Positions 18,303-27,661 of a stretch of 64,000 nucleotides of DNA are shown piece after piece. Source of the stretch: a virus. Taxonomy: Duplodnaviria; Heunggongvirae; Uroviricota; Caudoviricetes. How positions within the stretch are numbered: position 1 is the stretch's first letter; each line of letters begins with the position of its first letter. The DNA lies in IMG/VR virus record IMGVR_UViG_3300024333_000003, one strand, 5' to 3'. Position numbers and translations under genes: made by a program. The notes under the pieces were generated by a model. It searched no databases and had not been told where the DNA came from. It saw only the letters and a program-made list of their open reading frames with translations.

Positions 18303-18940
18303 TTCCCTATCCCTACATGCGGATAGCGTTCACGTTTATAACTAAAATATGATATATATTTTTCGGGGGATTCAATATCTACAAATAATTCGGCCGATCG
18401 TAATTTACCCCATGCTTCCTGTGTTGGCGTATTTGTGCTTAATCCATTATCTTCTATAACAAAATGAATAGGAAGATCATTACGTACCGAATACTTCACT
18501 GCTTCGTAAAAGATACCACTTTCACTGGCCATATCACCAACAAAGCACCACACCATGCGAGTTGTGTTAAGATTTAGTTTCAGTCCAGCCGCCGCACCAA
18601 CTGCAATAGGTAGTATACCACCAACGATAGCTGACGTATAAAGATGATGTTGTGGAGATTGAAATGATATGCTTTGGCCTGCCAATATTTTATTTAATAA
18701 CTCATCTTTGGGAACTCCGTGTAATAATGCATGATAATGATTTCGCCAAGTTGTAAACACCCAGTCATCTGGATGAATAAATTGAAATAATTCGATCAAA
18801 TAATCCTCATTATTAAAAGACAGGTGAACAGGAGCTTTTATTTGCCCTTGTTCCCATCGAGCAGCGACATCACTTTCAAAATCAATGAGCTCTTGTTTTG
18901 TAATAGTTATTTCTCTTTGTTTTTCTCTAAATAATTCCAT
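18287..18940 (-). CDS. ThDP-dependent E1 alpha-like subunit (acetoin/pyruvate dehydrogenase E1-alpha family, short form)
   Basis: ThDP-binding motif GDMASESGIFYEAVKYSVRNDLPIHFVIEDN (GD-x28-N). Confidence 0.6.
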   Translation of the reverse strand: MELFREKQREITITKQELIDFESDVAARWEQGQIKAPVHLSFNNEDYLIELFQFIHPDDWVFTTWRNHYHALLHGVPKDELLNKILAGQSISFQSPQHHLYTSAIVGGILPIAVGAAAGLKLNLNTTRMVWCFVGDMASESGIFYEAVKYSVRNDLPIHFVIEDNGLSTNTPTQEAWGKLRSAELFVDIESPEKYISYFSYKRERYPHVGIGKWIHF

Positions 18941-18942
18941 AA

Positions 18943-20304
18943 TTATGCTAATTTAAAAATTCTGTTTTCTATACTATACTTGTAATACTTATCTCTGACA
19001 AATATAAATAATTTATTAGGTTTTATATAGCGTATAAGTAATTTCATACACGCGCGTAATGGATTAGGTAATTTAGCCGCAAAACTTCCAAGTAAGAAAA
19101 TATTATAGCGTATTTCTTTTTCACGTTCAGAAAAAGACTTGTACGGGGATTTCTTTGAACAGTCTGTCATATCTCCTACATATGTTGGATCAAGAATACC
19201 TTTTTGTAAACTATATTCATAAAGTTTGGTACCATTCATTGGTACTGTAGTTGAACAGGCCAAATATGTAACCTTACCTTTATAACCAAAATCAATGATA
19301 TCCATATCATCTTTCACCGTAGATTCAGGAGCCGCCAACATAAAATTAACCCACGTGCGTATTCCTGTATCTGCGATCATACGCGCTGTTTTCGTTACAT
19401 CGATCTTTTGCATATGTCGTCCCAATACTGCTTCGCGCACATGTTCTGACATACTGTCAACGGATAGATGAACGGAGTAGCAATTGGCGGACTTCAACAT
19501 AGCAAGTAAATCTTTATCTACGTGGTCAATGCGTAAATAGCAATTGAACGGCAAATCTACTTCCTTCTTATATCTACGGGTAAACGCATCAAGCCAACTA
19601 TCTGCTTTTAATGCGAAAAGATCGTCCCCGAATTTTATGAACTCTGTGCGATAATTTTTACGAACACGTTGTATTTCATCAATAATTCGATCTGGTGAAA
19701 ACCGTCTAGCAGATTTACCCTTCCCTTTATACAAAGCACGATACGCGCTATTTGCACAATAATGACAAAAGAACGGGCATCCCCTTGTAGCGTAAAAGGT
19801 TTTTTTAGGAGTATTCTTTAAGAAGGAATTATTCAACACCAAATCCCTGTCCGCTTCGGGCAAAATATTTAAGTCACTAATGAGTGGTCGTATAGGATTT
19901 ATCTTTTCTTTTGTTATTATATTTAAAACATTGTCGTAGGATTCATTATTTTCTACACATTTAAGAAAGTCATCAAATACAAGATCTCCCTCGCCAACAC
20001 AGAAAGCGTCGATGGCCGTGTTTTCGAAATCTTGCGGTGCAAAAGTAATCTGAGGCCCACCAGCTATAGATAAAAAATTGTGTTTTGTTTTCGCTAATTT
20101 ATGTGCATCAATCATTTCTTTATATCCATAAACATTTAAAGAATAAGCTACAATGTCCGGTTTATATGAATTCAAAACAGTTGGATAATCTGTTAAAGCA
20201 CAGAAAAATGTCTGATGATCACGTTTTTTAGCAATAGCGGATAAGTGCGCTATCGCTATATGATCAGCATAATCCAATTCATATATACAGAACAAAATTT
20301 TCAT
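18943..20304 (-). CDS. B12-binding radical SAM enzyme (class B radical-SAM methyltransferase-like). The start is trimmed to MKILF; the track ORF extends to 20382.
   Basis: CxxxCxxC radical-SAM motif in RGCPFFCHYCANSAY, preceded by an N-terminal B12-binding-like domain. ATGA overlap with the upstream gene. Confidence 0.7.
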   Translation of the reverse strand: MKILFCIYELDYADHIAIAHLSAIAKKRDHQTFFCALTDYPTVLNSYKPDIVAYSLNVYGYKEMIDAHKLAKTKHNFLSIAGGPQITFAPQDFENTAIDAFCVGEGDLVFDDFLKCVENNESYDNVLNIITKEKINPIRPLISDLNILPEADRDLVLNNSFLKNTPKKTFYATRGCPFFCHYCANSAYRALYKGKGKSARRFSPDRIIDEIQRVRKNYRTEFIKFGDDLFALKADSWLDAFTRRYKKEVDLPFNCYLRIDHVDKDLLAMLKSANCYSVHLSVDSMSEHVREAVLGRHMQKIDVTKTARMIADTGIRTWVNFMLAAPESTVKDDMDIIDFGYKGKVTYLACSTTVPMNGTKLYEYSLQKGILDPTYVGDMTDCSKKSPYKSFSEREKEIRYNIFLLGSFAAKLPNPLRACMKLLIRYIKPNKLFIFVRDKYYKYSIENRIFKLA

Positions 20305-21149
20305 ACAGTAAATTCTTCTAATGTAAATGGAGACGCGCCCCATGTGGCGGCGTTCTTGGTAGCACCTGCATTTATTAAACAACCGTAGATGTCATTTATT
20401 CGTGAGCCGGTTCCACCGAAACCATATCCCGGATGACTCATATGCATGGTAGCGATATCAAAACATGGTTTTACGGGATATCCTGCGAGAATAGCTTTCT
20501 TATTTAAATTACTATCAGTGTACCCTTTATAAAAATATTCTTCTTCATAACCACGTATTTCAAATAAAACGTCTTTATGAAAAAACTGAAAATCACCACA
20601 ACAATCAAGGATAGACCACACATCACCAGCGCAGGCCCCACTAAAACCGTGCCCACCATATCTTGGTAGATTTTCCCTAAAATACCTTTGAACAACTTCT
20701 ATATCTTTAGCATTAAATTGTTTTAATTCCGCAAAATCTACATCATGCCTAGAAATGACCCAACCTATTTTTGGGTCTGCGGTTAATTTTTCAAATGATG
20801 CTCGATCGGGTACAATCGAATCTAATGATGTTATTAATATCCAGTCTCCTGTGGACCTACGTATTGCCATATTATTACCTAGTAACCCACAACTTGCCGG
20901 CGCACCAGGATCGTTCTTTGTGACTTGATCTGTTTGTGCCTTATTTACTTTTAATACTCGTAATTTACCTGTTTTATTTATGGCATCTCCAAGCGCTGTT
21001 ATCAAGTCTATACCTGACGGTGAATTCCAATCAACATAAATTACTTCATCGAATGTGGCGGTCAATGCATTAATACTAAATGGTACTCGTAAATGTAAAT
21101 CACCCCGATAACCATCATTTCTACAAGTTGCGACGGCAGTTAATTTCAT
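20301..21149 (-). CDS. hypothetical protein, possible GT-A glycosyltransferase
   Basis: EVIYVDWNSPSG weakly resembles the GT2 hhVVDDGS motif. Confidence 0.3.
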   Translation of the reverse strand: MKLTAVATCRNDGYRGDLHLRVPFSINALTATFDEVIYVDWNSPSGIDLITALGDAINKTGKLRVLKVNKAQTDQVTKNDPGAPASCGLLGNNMAIRRSTGDWILITSLDSIVPDRASFEKLTADPKIGWVISRHDVDFAELKQFNAKDIEVVQRYFRENLPRYGGHGFSGACAGDVWSILDCCGDFQFFHKDVLFEIRGYEEEYFYKGYTDSNLNKKAILAGYPVKPCFDIATMHMSHPGYGFGGTGSRINDIYGCLINAGATKNAATWGASPFTLEEFTV

Positions 21150-21631
21150 TTGTCGCCTTTAAATATATTCCAATTACCGAACTCCTGAATTAACCCTGCA
21201 GCCAGCGCATCTATTTTTAAGTCTACACGCTCTCCGCGTTCACGCGAAATAACATTCTTAGCTGTATTACGTACACCATTTATCGAGTGCGTCAATTTTA
21301 AAAGTTTATCTTGTTCTGAACCACCAGCACGCGCCTTGCTTTCGTTCTCCCATATATACCTATTGGTTAGCATAACTATTAATATAGCACGAATCATATC
21401 AGCACTAACTGACGGTGTTGTAGTTAATAACATATTGATATCGGCCATGATAAGTTTTTGTTCTTCTTCGTATGCTGCAGAATTCTCAGATGCGAATATT
21501 GACTTCAAGATAACTATACTAAGACGATCTATAAGTTCGGCAAAAGTAGGTACATAGTAACGTGTTTGAGCCTCCATTAATTTATCCTTTGTTTTAAAGT
21601 GGTAAAAAAGTCTCCAATTAAATGAGACCAT
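21146..21631 (-). CDS. hypothetical protein
   Basis: ORF. Confidence 0.3.
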   Translation of the reverse strand: MVSFNWRLFYHFKTKDKLMEAQTRYYVPTFAELIDRLSIVILKSIFASENSAAYEEEQKLIMADINMLLTTTPSVSADMIRAILIVMLTNRYIWENESKARAGGSEQDKLLKLTHSINGVRNTAKNVISRERGERVDLKIDALAAGLIQEFGNWNIFKGDK

Positions 21632-22419
21632 TTAAATTTATTTACAATCACTAAGCGTTCATTTTCATCCATTGGTCGCGGGGTATCTTTTAGAATTTCA
21701 ACTAATTGTTCTACTATATCTTTGTCCTTGACTATTGTATATGCATGTTCCCGATACCAATCATAAGTTGGATCATCTGGTATAATCGGGCGTGCCCCGC
21801 AAAACAAGCCTTCAATTGCCATTAATTCGAAGCCTTCAATAAAACGTAACGCTGATATATATTGTGTGCCATTAAGTACCTCAGCGAACTCATTATCTGG
21901 CATATAATCTAAGTATCTGTAGAATCGTTTGTCCCATCCAAAATTTTGTCCGGTATGATATAAAGTTTGTTTTAATTGTTTGACTGCTTCATATACTTTA
22001 TCTATGGCCTCAGTTTCAGCGATATGCCCCGTAGCAATTACTTTAATGGCACGATTACCCGTATTTGTGCGACAAAAAACATTATCGTCTGCACCCCATG
22101 GCATACCATAATAAGGGATATCTTTATCAGTATATTTACGTAAGTCATGAAATGAAACGGCCATAATAGATTGTGCCCAATATTTTGCGTAATCTATTTC
22201 ATGCGCACTGGCGGTAAAATAACAATGTTGAATCACCACTTTCGGTTTAGGCATCTCTAATGCAGGAATTTCTCCGCCTCCAACTACATGAACAATCATA
22301 ATGTCACAATTTTCATAGTTGGTCCATTCGACCCAATCAGGCGCATACCTATGCAACGCATCTGAAATGCGTTTAAAAGCTATACCCCATTCATTTCTAC
22401 GAAATTCAAATATCTTCAT
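21577..22419 (-). CDS. hypothetical protein (first gene of the sugar cluster)
   Basis: ORF. Confidence 0.3.
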   Translation of the reverse strand: MKIFEFRRNEWGIAFKRISDALHRYAPDWVEWTNYENCDIMIVHVVGGGEIPALEMPKPKVVIQHCYFTASAHEIDYAKYWAQSIMAVSFHDLRKYTDKDIPYYGMPWGADDNVFCRTNTGNRAIKVIATGHIAETEAIDKVYEAVKQLKQTLYHTGQNFGWDKRFYRYLDYMPDNEFAEVLNGTQYISALRFIEGFELMAIEGLFCGARPIIPDDPTYDWYREHAYTIVKDKDIVEQLVEILKDTPRPMDENERLVIVNKFKWSHLIGDFFTTLKQRIN

Positions 22420-22700
22420 AATGTCTTAAATTTCACTTTCTTTATTTTATTACTTTTCTTTAAATTGCATCGCTCACACGTAATTTGTAAATTACGAACA
22501 CCATTCATACGAAAGGGAGTACGTTTTTTGGAATACCGTGATACTGGTATTATATGATCAAAATGGTATATCTCGTGTTCTATTTGCTGTTTGCATATTT
22601 CGCATGTCAATACTCCGTATTTGTTTATATTGTCACTTTTAACTTTCTCGAGCACAGATGTAAATATTTTAGTGCGCTTTATGTGCCTATCTCCATCCAT
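22416..22700 (-). CDS. HNH endonuclease
   Basis: CEICKQQ...HFDHIIPVS...NLQITCERCNLKKSNK matches the HNH motif. Confidence 0.7.
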   Translation of the reverse strand: MDGDRHIKRTKIFTSVLEKVKSDNINKYGVLTCEICKQQIEHEIYHFDHIIPVSRYSKKRTPFRMNGVRNLQITCERCNLKKSNKIKKVKFKTL

Positions 22701-23086
22701 CTTTGTACATTTTTATGGTGTTGTGGATTTTCTTTTTCCAACAATTCAGGTGTAATTTCTTTATAAACAAAACCTATTACTATACACACTTCAGTACCAG
22801 TCTTCGTAATTTGTGCTTTGAGCCCTTCACCATTTGGACCAATATGATCCACAGCGTTGGCCACTGTTTGCAATATATCTTCTTTTAGTAATGGGCGTTC
22901 ATCTACTTCGCCCCAAAAAGACATTGAATCACCTTTTAATTGGGTAAAAACTGTTATTAATTCTTTTGTGATTTTTGGATTGACTTGTTTAAAAGCATGT
23001 AGTATAGATGTTGAAATGAATTCAAGTGGCTTATCTTTTGATAATAATTCGTCTTGTTTTATTGTAAATAATGCAGACTTTAACAT
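22679..23086 (-). CDS. hypothetical protein
   Basis: ORF. Confidence 0.3.
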   Translation of the reverse strand: MLKSALFTIKQDELLSKDKPLEFISTSILHAFKQVNPKITKELITVFTQLKGDSMSFWGEVDERPLLKEDILQTVANAVDHIGPNGEGLKAQITKTGTEVCIVIGFVYKEITPELLEKENPQHHKNVQRWMEIGT

Positions 23087-23095
23087 GTTTTTTCC

Positions 23096-23104
23096 GGTAT
23101 AAGA
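23096..23104 (+). promoter_or_regulatory. GGTATAAGA promoter element (-10-like TATAAG)
   Basis: One of 13 same-strand intergenic copies of this 9-mer. Confidence 0.5.
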
Positions 23105-23156
23105 TAGTTATAATTTAGAAGCTTTCTTCAAACAAAAACTCTAAAAAAGGAGAACT

Positions 23157-23351
23157 ATGGCTAAACGTCGTAGAAAGAAAAAGTTTTCTAATTTTCATAT
23201 AAAAGCACTACAGTCGTATAAGGTTTTACCTAGTGAAGATACAATAACACTTGCGAACTTGCGCGATCCAAGACTAACAAGAACAGATGGTGGACAAGTA
23301 CGTCCTGTATTTTATGATGAAAATCTAAATGTAGCCTTTGGGTCAAATTAG
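23157..23351 (+). CDS. small highly basic protein (MAKRRRKKK...), lone + strand cassette
   Basis: RBS aaaggag 7 nt upstream. Own promoter and terminator. Confidence 0.45.
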   Translation: MAKRRRKKKFSNFHIKALQSYKVLPSEDTITLANLRDPRLTRTDGGQVRPVFYDENLNVAFGSN

Positions 23352-23385
23352 TTTTGGGTCCGAAAGGACCTAAAACTTTTTTTAC
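23350..23385 (+). terminator. rho-independent terminator
   Basis: 12-bp stem agttttgggtcc/ggacctaaaact (one G-U pair), GAAA loop, T7 run. Confidence 0.8.
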
Positions 23386-23386
23386 T

Positions 23387-24169
23387 TTACCAAGAAATAG
23401 GAAAAGAATATACGATATTGTCAATTTCTACCTGTCTAACTTGTGCCTGCTGTGATATCAAAAACATTGCTTTATTAACTGTTTTTATAGTTACTACACG
23501 CCATCTGACACCTAATCTATCGACGATTATATCGGTGGGACTTAAAACAGGGGTGTTACTCATCGTTATTATAGCATCACTATCCTGCCAGTCACCATAT
23601 GTTGTTAACACATGTCTGGGAGGATTATTATTCATTTGAGCTCTGAACCTGTGTGGAAGATAATAACCTCCAGTATACTTGGTATCAAAGCAAACTGTGC
23701 ATTTAGAGTCAGATTGACGCTGCAAAGTCTCATCATAACATGCGGTGCAAAAAGTTCCAAAAGTCTTGCGTTTTAATAATATAAAATCTGCACCACTTAA
23801 TCGATTAAGCACCAATTCACGATGTTTAATAATATACCTAGCATCGTTGTCGGATGTTACTGAAAGACCCTTTGGCAAAGAATAAACAGTCTCTTCAGTA
23901 GTATTATTTATTACGGCTATTTTATAATTGTATGTGGCGTACTTTGTAGTTAGACCAGAAATGGTTATATCATTATACGATCCATGATAATACGGAGAAA
24001 TACCTGACGCAACTAAATCATAATCCGCTGCTTGCAGGGAAGGTAATTCGCTTCTATAAATATCAATATGATAATCTAAGAAACTTTCAGTTGTTGGTTC
24101 CAATGTCCAACTAACAGTTATAAACGACGGCGACACTTGCGCCAATGCGGTATCAAGAATCTTTATCAT
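23387..24169 (-). CDS. hypothetical structural protein
   Basis: ORF after the capsid gene. Confidence 0.3.
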   Translation of the reverse strand: MIKILDTALAQVSPSFITVSWTLEPTTESFLDYHIDIYRSELPSLQAADYDLVASGISPYYHGSYNDITISGLTTKYATYNYKIAVINNTTEETVYSLPKGLSVTSDNDARYIIKHRELVLNRLSGADFILLKRKTFGTFCTACYDETLQRQSDSKCTVCFDTKYTGGYYLPHRFRAQMNNNPPRHVLTTYGDWQDSDAIITMSNTPVLSPTDIIVDRLGVRWRVVTIKTVNKAMFLISQQAQVRQVEIDNIVYSFPISW

Positions 24170-24645
24170 TAATATACGTCAAAAGAAAATGGAGAACTAA
24201 AACCGCCATAAGCTTGATTAACATTAAAGCGAATTTTTGCAGTCTCCACTGCTTTCTCAAATTTTGGTCTCATTACATTATAATAATTAATATAACGTCC
24301 CCATTTATCGTGATGGCTTATTTGTACTCCACCAGCATCAGAAAAAGCCAGCATATTTCTAGCCGAGCTGATTCCCTTTGCGGTCAGTAATTCTAATATA
24401 GCTCCTAATCTAACTGTACTCCAAGGCATATAGCCATTCTCACCTGGTTCAACTACCACATCTGCGATAGTCCAATAAGTAATTGGTGAAAATTCCATGT
24501 TGATGGTGTTTAAAGATTGTTTTATAAAATCAGCTAACTCATCATCAGTGGATTCAAAATCTTCGTCTAATTCGTTGAGTTGTGGCTGATCGTTCAGATA
24601 GCGTCTTAATGCTTTTGCAGCTTCTTCGTAAGTTGTATATGCCAT
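24169..24645 (-). CDS. hypothetical structural protein
   Basis: ORF. Confidence 0.3.
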   Translation of the reverse strand: MAYTTYEEAAKALRRYLNDQPQLNELDEDFESTDDELADFIKQSLNTINMEFSPITYWTIADVVVEPGENGYMPWSTVRLGAILELLTAKGISSARNMLAFSDAGGVQISHHDKWGRYINYYNVMRPKFEKAVETAKIRFNVNQAYGGFSSPFSFDVY

Positions 24646-24653
24646 AGTGCCTC

Positions 24654-25034
24654 TTAATGTGTACGACGAACAATCCTATTGGTAAATAACTTGCCATTCT
24701 CCACCATATACTTTTCGCCGGAGTCTAAGTTGATATGTATATCATAATAATATACACTGGCTCCATCCATTAATAGCGACACAGTGGGCTCTGCAATAAA
24801 TTGTAATTGTGCTGAACCGTCAGCGTTATTTGTAACCTCACCTATACCCGAGGCTGTCGTATACCTTGTTATATGAATTGAAAATACAGCATCTACATCA
24901 GGAAGATCAACATCAGATTTAACGGTCCAGAAAGCATCTGTTACAATATGGCTGCCAGGCACTGTACTCAACGTGCGGGTTAAAGAATACGTGTCACCAA
25001 TAGTAAAATCATCGATATTTTTAATATCTTGCAT
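24654..25034 (-). CDS. hypothetical structural protein
   Basis: ORF. Confidence 0.3.
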   Translation of the reverse strand: MQDIKNIDDFTIGDTYSLTRTLSTVPGSHIVTDAFWTVKSDVDLPDVDAVFSIHITRYTTASGIGEVTNNADGSAQLQFIAEPTVSLLMDGASVYYYDIHINLDSGEKYMVENGKLFTNRIVRRTH

Positions 25035-25077
25035 TTGTTCTCCTATTAATATACTAAAAAATTATATAAATGTCAAC

Positions 25078-25107
25078 TAATAAAAAAGGCCAACAAATCT
25101 GTTGGCC
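25078..25107 (-). terminator. rho-independent terminator after the candidate capsid gene
   Basis: Minus strand reads GGCCAACAgattTGTTGGCC followed by TTTTTTATT. Confidence 0.8.
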
Positions 25108-25137
25108 TTTAAAATAATGTACCGCTTTTACCAAATG

Positions 25138-26052
25138 TTATGCATTTGACCAAGTTAATTTTGCAACTGCCTTGTTGTTGATAATAGCCATACCAATGGT
25201 CTCATATGCGGACCACTTAATCAGGTTACGTTTCTTCTCTATCCAGAATTTAACATCGTTTAGGACATAGAATTTACCCATAAATTCCTGAGGTGCGAAC
25301 GCATACATTGTGCCTTCTGGAACCAAATCGCCCTTAATTGTCGTTACGAACTTTTTGCCCAAAATTGTTGCGTATTTAAAACCGTTAATATACACTTCAC
25401 TTGCAGCCGGCGAACCTACTGTCGTTGCAGGTAGTGTAGCTAGTTTATTGTAATCTGCTTGGTTCATTAACACTACATCAACTACCAATGGATTTGTTCC
25501 AGTTGTGGAATCTTCCATCTTGTTGAATAGTTTTGTGAACATGTTCAACTCCATAATTCCTGAAGTTGTGGTTGTGTACGTTACCGTCTTACTCGAAGCT
25601 GCAACTGCTGCTGCTACTGCAGTCATGAATGCTGTATCTTCAATCTTCATGATCTCTTTTACTGCATTACGTTCAACTAGTTCAGTTATTGGCATTTCAT
25701 ATGCTAATAGCTCTTCTTCAACCTTTTGGAATTCTTTCGAACTAATACCAAAGAAAGAAACCTCTGCACGGTCGCCTTCAACGTATTGAACGTCTGGTTG
25801 TCCGCGTAGAGTAATCATCATTGCACCTGCATCCGGTTCGATGTCAACGATTTTAACTAATTGCTCGTGTAATGTAGTACGCTGTAAATCAGCCTTAGTT
25901 ACATATTGTGGGTTAATAATTTTGCGAGAAAATGCGTTCTCACGCAATTTGGTACGAATATACTGACCAACCTCTTGTGCCACCTTCTCTAATTCAGTAT
26001 CAAGGCGGTTAACGAAAATTTCGTTCAATGCTTTAGTGTTTACACTTTCCAT
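25138..26052 (-). CDS. putative major capsid protein (HK97-fold size class)
   Basis: 304 aa. Immediately followed by a strong terminator, the typical position and expression context for an MCP. No motif proof. Confidence 0.4.
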   Translation of the reverse strand: MESVNTKALNEIFVNRLDTELEKVAQEVGQYIRTKLRENAFSRKIINPQYVTKADLQRTTLHEQLVKIVDIEPDAGAMMITLRGQPDVQYVEGDRAEVSFFGISSKEFQKVEEELLAYEMPITELVERNAVKEIMKIEDTAFMTAVAAAVAASSKTVTYTTTTSGIMELNMFTKLFNKMEDSTTGTNPLVVDVVLMNQADYNKLATLPATTVGSPAASEVYINGFKYATILGKKFVTTIKGDLVPEGTMYAFAPQEFMGKFYVLNDVKFWIEKKRNLIKWSAYETIGMAIINNKAVAKLTWSNA

Positions 26053-26064
26053 TTTCTAATCTCC

Positions 26065-26508
26065 TTAGACAGTCTGAATATCGATAACGGTATACGTTGT
26101 TCCGAGGTACGTGAGTGAATACGGGGCTTTCACGCAAAAAGCCACAATGTGATCTGTTCCTAAAGTTGCTGTTGCAAGTTTTCCACCCGCGCCAGTCTTT
26201 AGAGGATCACCTAAACTTGGAGTTGATAAATATTGATCTGTCGTTGCAAATACTTTACCAACAATGACAGTCACTTTTTTGGTGTTAACCACATCTGGTG
26301 TCCAGCCTACTAAGCCGGTTCGATATGATTCGTTCCAAATAGGCCATGCTAATCCTGTGGCAGCTTGTGTCAGGGTCGCTTCATTACTAGCGTTTAGTGT
26401 AACCCATGATCCCTGAACACCCGAAGATAACACTTGACCAGCGCCTGATTGTGATAATGTTAATTCTTTTCTAAGAACTAACGAAATATCGCTGAATATT
26501 TTAAACAT
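26065..26508 (-). CDS. hypothetical head protein
   Basis: ORF. Confidence 0.3.
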   Translation of the reverse strand: MFKIFSDISLVLRKELTLSQSGAGQVLSSGVQGSWVTLNASNEATLTQAATGLAWPIWNESYRTGLVGWTPDVVNTKKVTVIVGKVFATTDQYLSTPSLGDPLKTGAGGKLATATLGTDHIVAFCVKAPYSLTYLGTTYTVIDIQTV

Positions 26509-26510
26509 AG

Positions 26511-26843
26511 TTAATTACTGTCTCCATATAATAAATAATAAGTTAGATTGTCTATTTGACCTCCGGGAGCTGGTGTTTCAGTAAGCGATCCTAACTTTAA
26601 TGTACCGCCTTTTATCATGTCAAGCGCTTTTATCGCTGTCTCCAACTCTTCCAGAGCCATTTGCTTGAACTCAGAAACCTTTTGCAAAACATCACTTGCT
26701 TCAAATTCCTGAGTAGTCAACAACTTTCGAATCAGCTCCTCCGCCTTTTCATATCGTGCAAGTTTTTGAATCGCTTCATTACGTTCACGACTTAAAGTAC
26801 GTAAAGTGTTCGCTGCAGTTTTAAGTAGTTGTTTGTCGACCAT
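26511..26843 (-). CDS. hypothetical coiled-coil protein
   Basis: ORF. Confidence 0.3.
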   Translation of the reverse strand: MVDKQLLKTAANTLRTLSRERNEAIQKLARYEKAEELIRKLLTTQEFEASDVLQKVSEFKQMALEELETAIKALDMIKGGTLKLGSLTETPAPGGQIDNLTYYLLYGDSN

Positions 26844-27027
26844 TATACTTTCCTTCTAAATAATCGGCTACAACTGCTAATTCTGCTAACTTGTCTAGCA
26901 GCGTGTCTTCTTCAGCAAATGCTTCCAAAGCTTCTGCTAGTTTCTCTACATCTTCGTCTGGTGTAGAGGCAAGAGGTTGAGGTTTAGCCTCGGCTGACTT
27001 GCGGATAATTTGTTGCAAGTCTATCAT
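26821..27027 (-). CDS. hypothetical acidic small protein
   Basis: ORF. Confidence 0.25.
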   Translation of the reverse strand: MIDLQQIIRKSAEAKPQPLASTPDEDVEKLAEALEAFAEEDTLLDKLAELAVVADYLEGKYNGRQTTT

Positions 27028-27358
27028 TTAAATCCCTCTTGTATTGATAATAACCAAAACCCGCTGCACCCAAACCAAGAGCAGCTGCAGTACCTAATAG
27101 ATTTTTATTTTTCTTCTCTTGTTCCTCGATAACCTTGCTTCTTTGTACAAAAGTTGGTGTCTCATTTAATTCCTTTTGCACTTCATTTATAAAAGTTTGT
27201 ACTTTACCTTTTACTTTTTGTTGCTTTGCAGCGGCAACATCCGCTATCGTACCGAATACTCGAGTTTTAAATAAATTCCATTTAGGTCCAGCTGTTTTTT
27301 CAAATTCCTGAAAAAAGGCCTTTACTATAACGGCTTCTTGATTTTCTACAGAAAGCAT
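26984..27358 (-). CDS. hypothetical protein with C-terminal TM/Gly segment
   Basis: ORF. Confidence 0.3.
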   Translation of the reverse strand: MLSVENQEAVIVKAFFQEFEKTAGPKWNLFKTRVFGTIADVAAAKQQKVKGKVQTFINEVQKELNETPTFVQRSKVIEEQEKKNKNLLGTAAALGLGAAGFGYYQYKRDLNDRLATNYPQVSRG

Positions 27359-27360
27359 GA

Positions 27361-27660
27361 TTACTTACCTTCTTTTGTTACTTCCTCAACAAAAGCACGT
27401 GCCATGATGCGACCTGCTTCTTCGAGTTCGGCAACCTTCTGTTGCTCTTCCTCAACCTGTAAATCATGGTTGATCATGAGTTCAGTTAATTGCGCAACAT
27501 CTTCGTCAGTATGATCCTTTGGATAATTCTGGACCATAAGATCTTTAGCAGCAGATGCGTATTTCTCAATAATACGTACGCGCTCTTCGGCTAATTTTGT
27601 CTGTTGTTCTTTTTCTGCTGCTTCTTTCAGCATCTGTTCGTGAACTTGAAGTAAACCCAT
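27361..27660 (-). CDS. scaffold-like coiled-coil protein. The start is trimmed to MGLLQVHEQ with a GGAGG RBS; the track ORF extends to 27792.
   Basis: Shares an EEQQKVAELEEAGRIMARAF module with the upstream gene. Confidence 0.35.
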   Translation of the reverse strand: MGLLQVHEQMLKEAAEKEQQTKLAEERVRIIEKYASAAKDLMVQNYPKDHTDEDVAQLTELMINHDLQVEEEQQKVAELEEAGRIMARAFVEEVTKEGK

Positions 27661-27661
27661 A

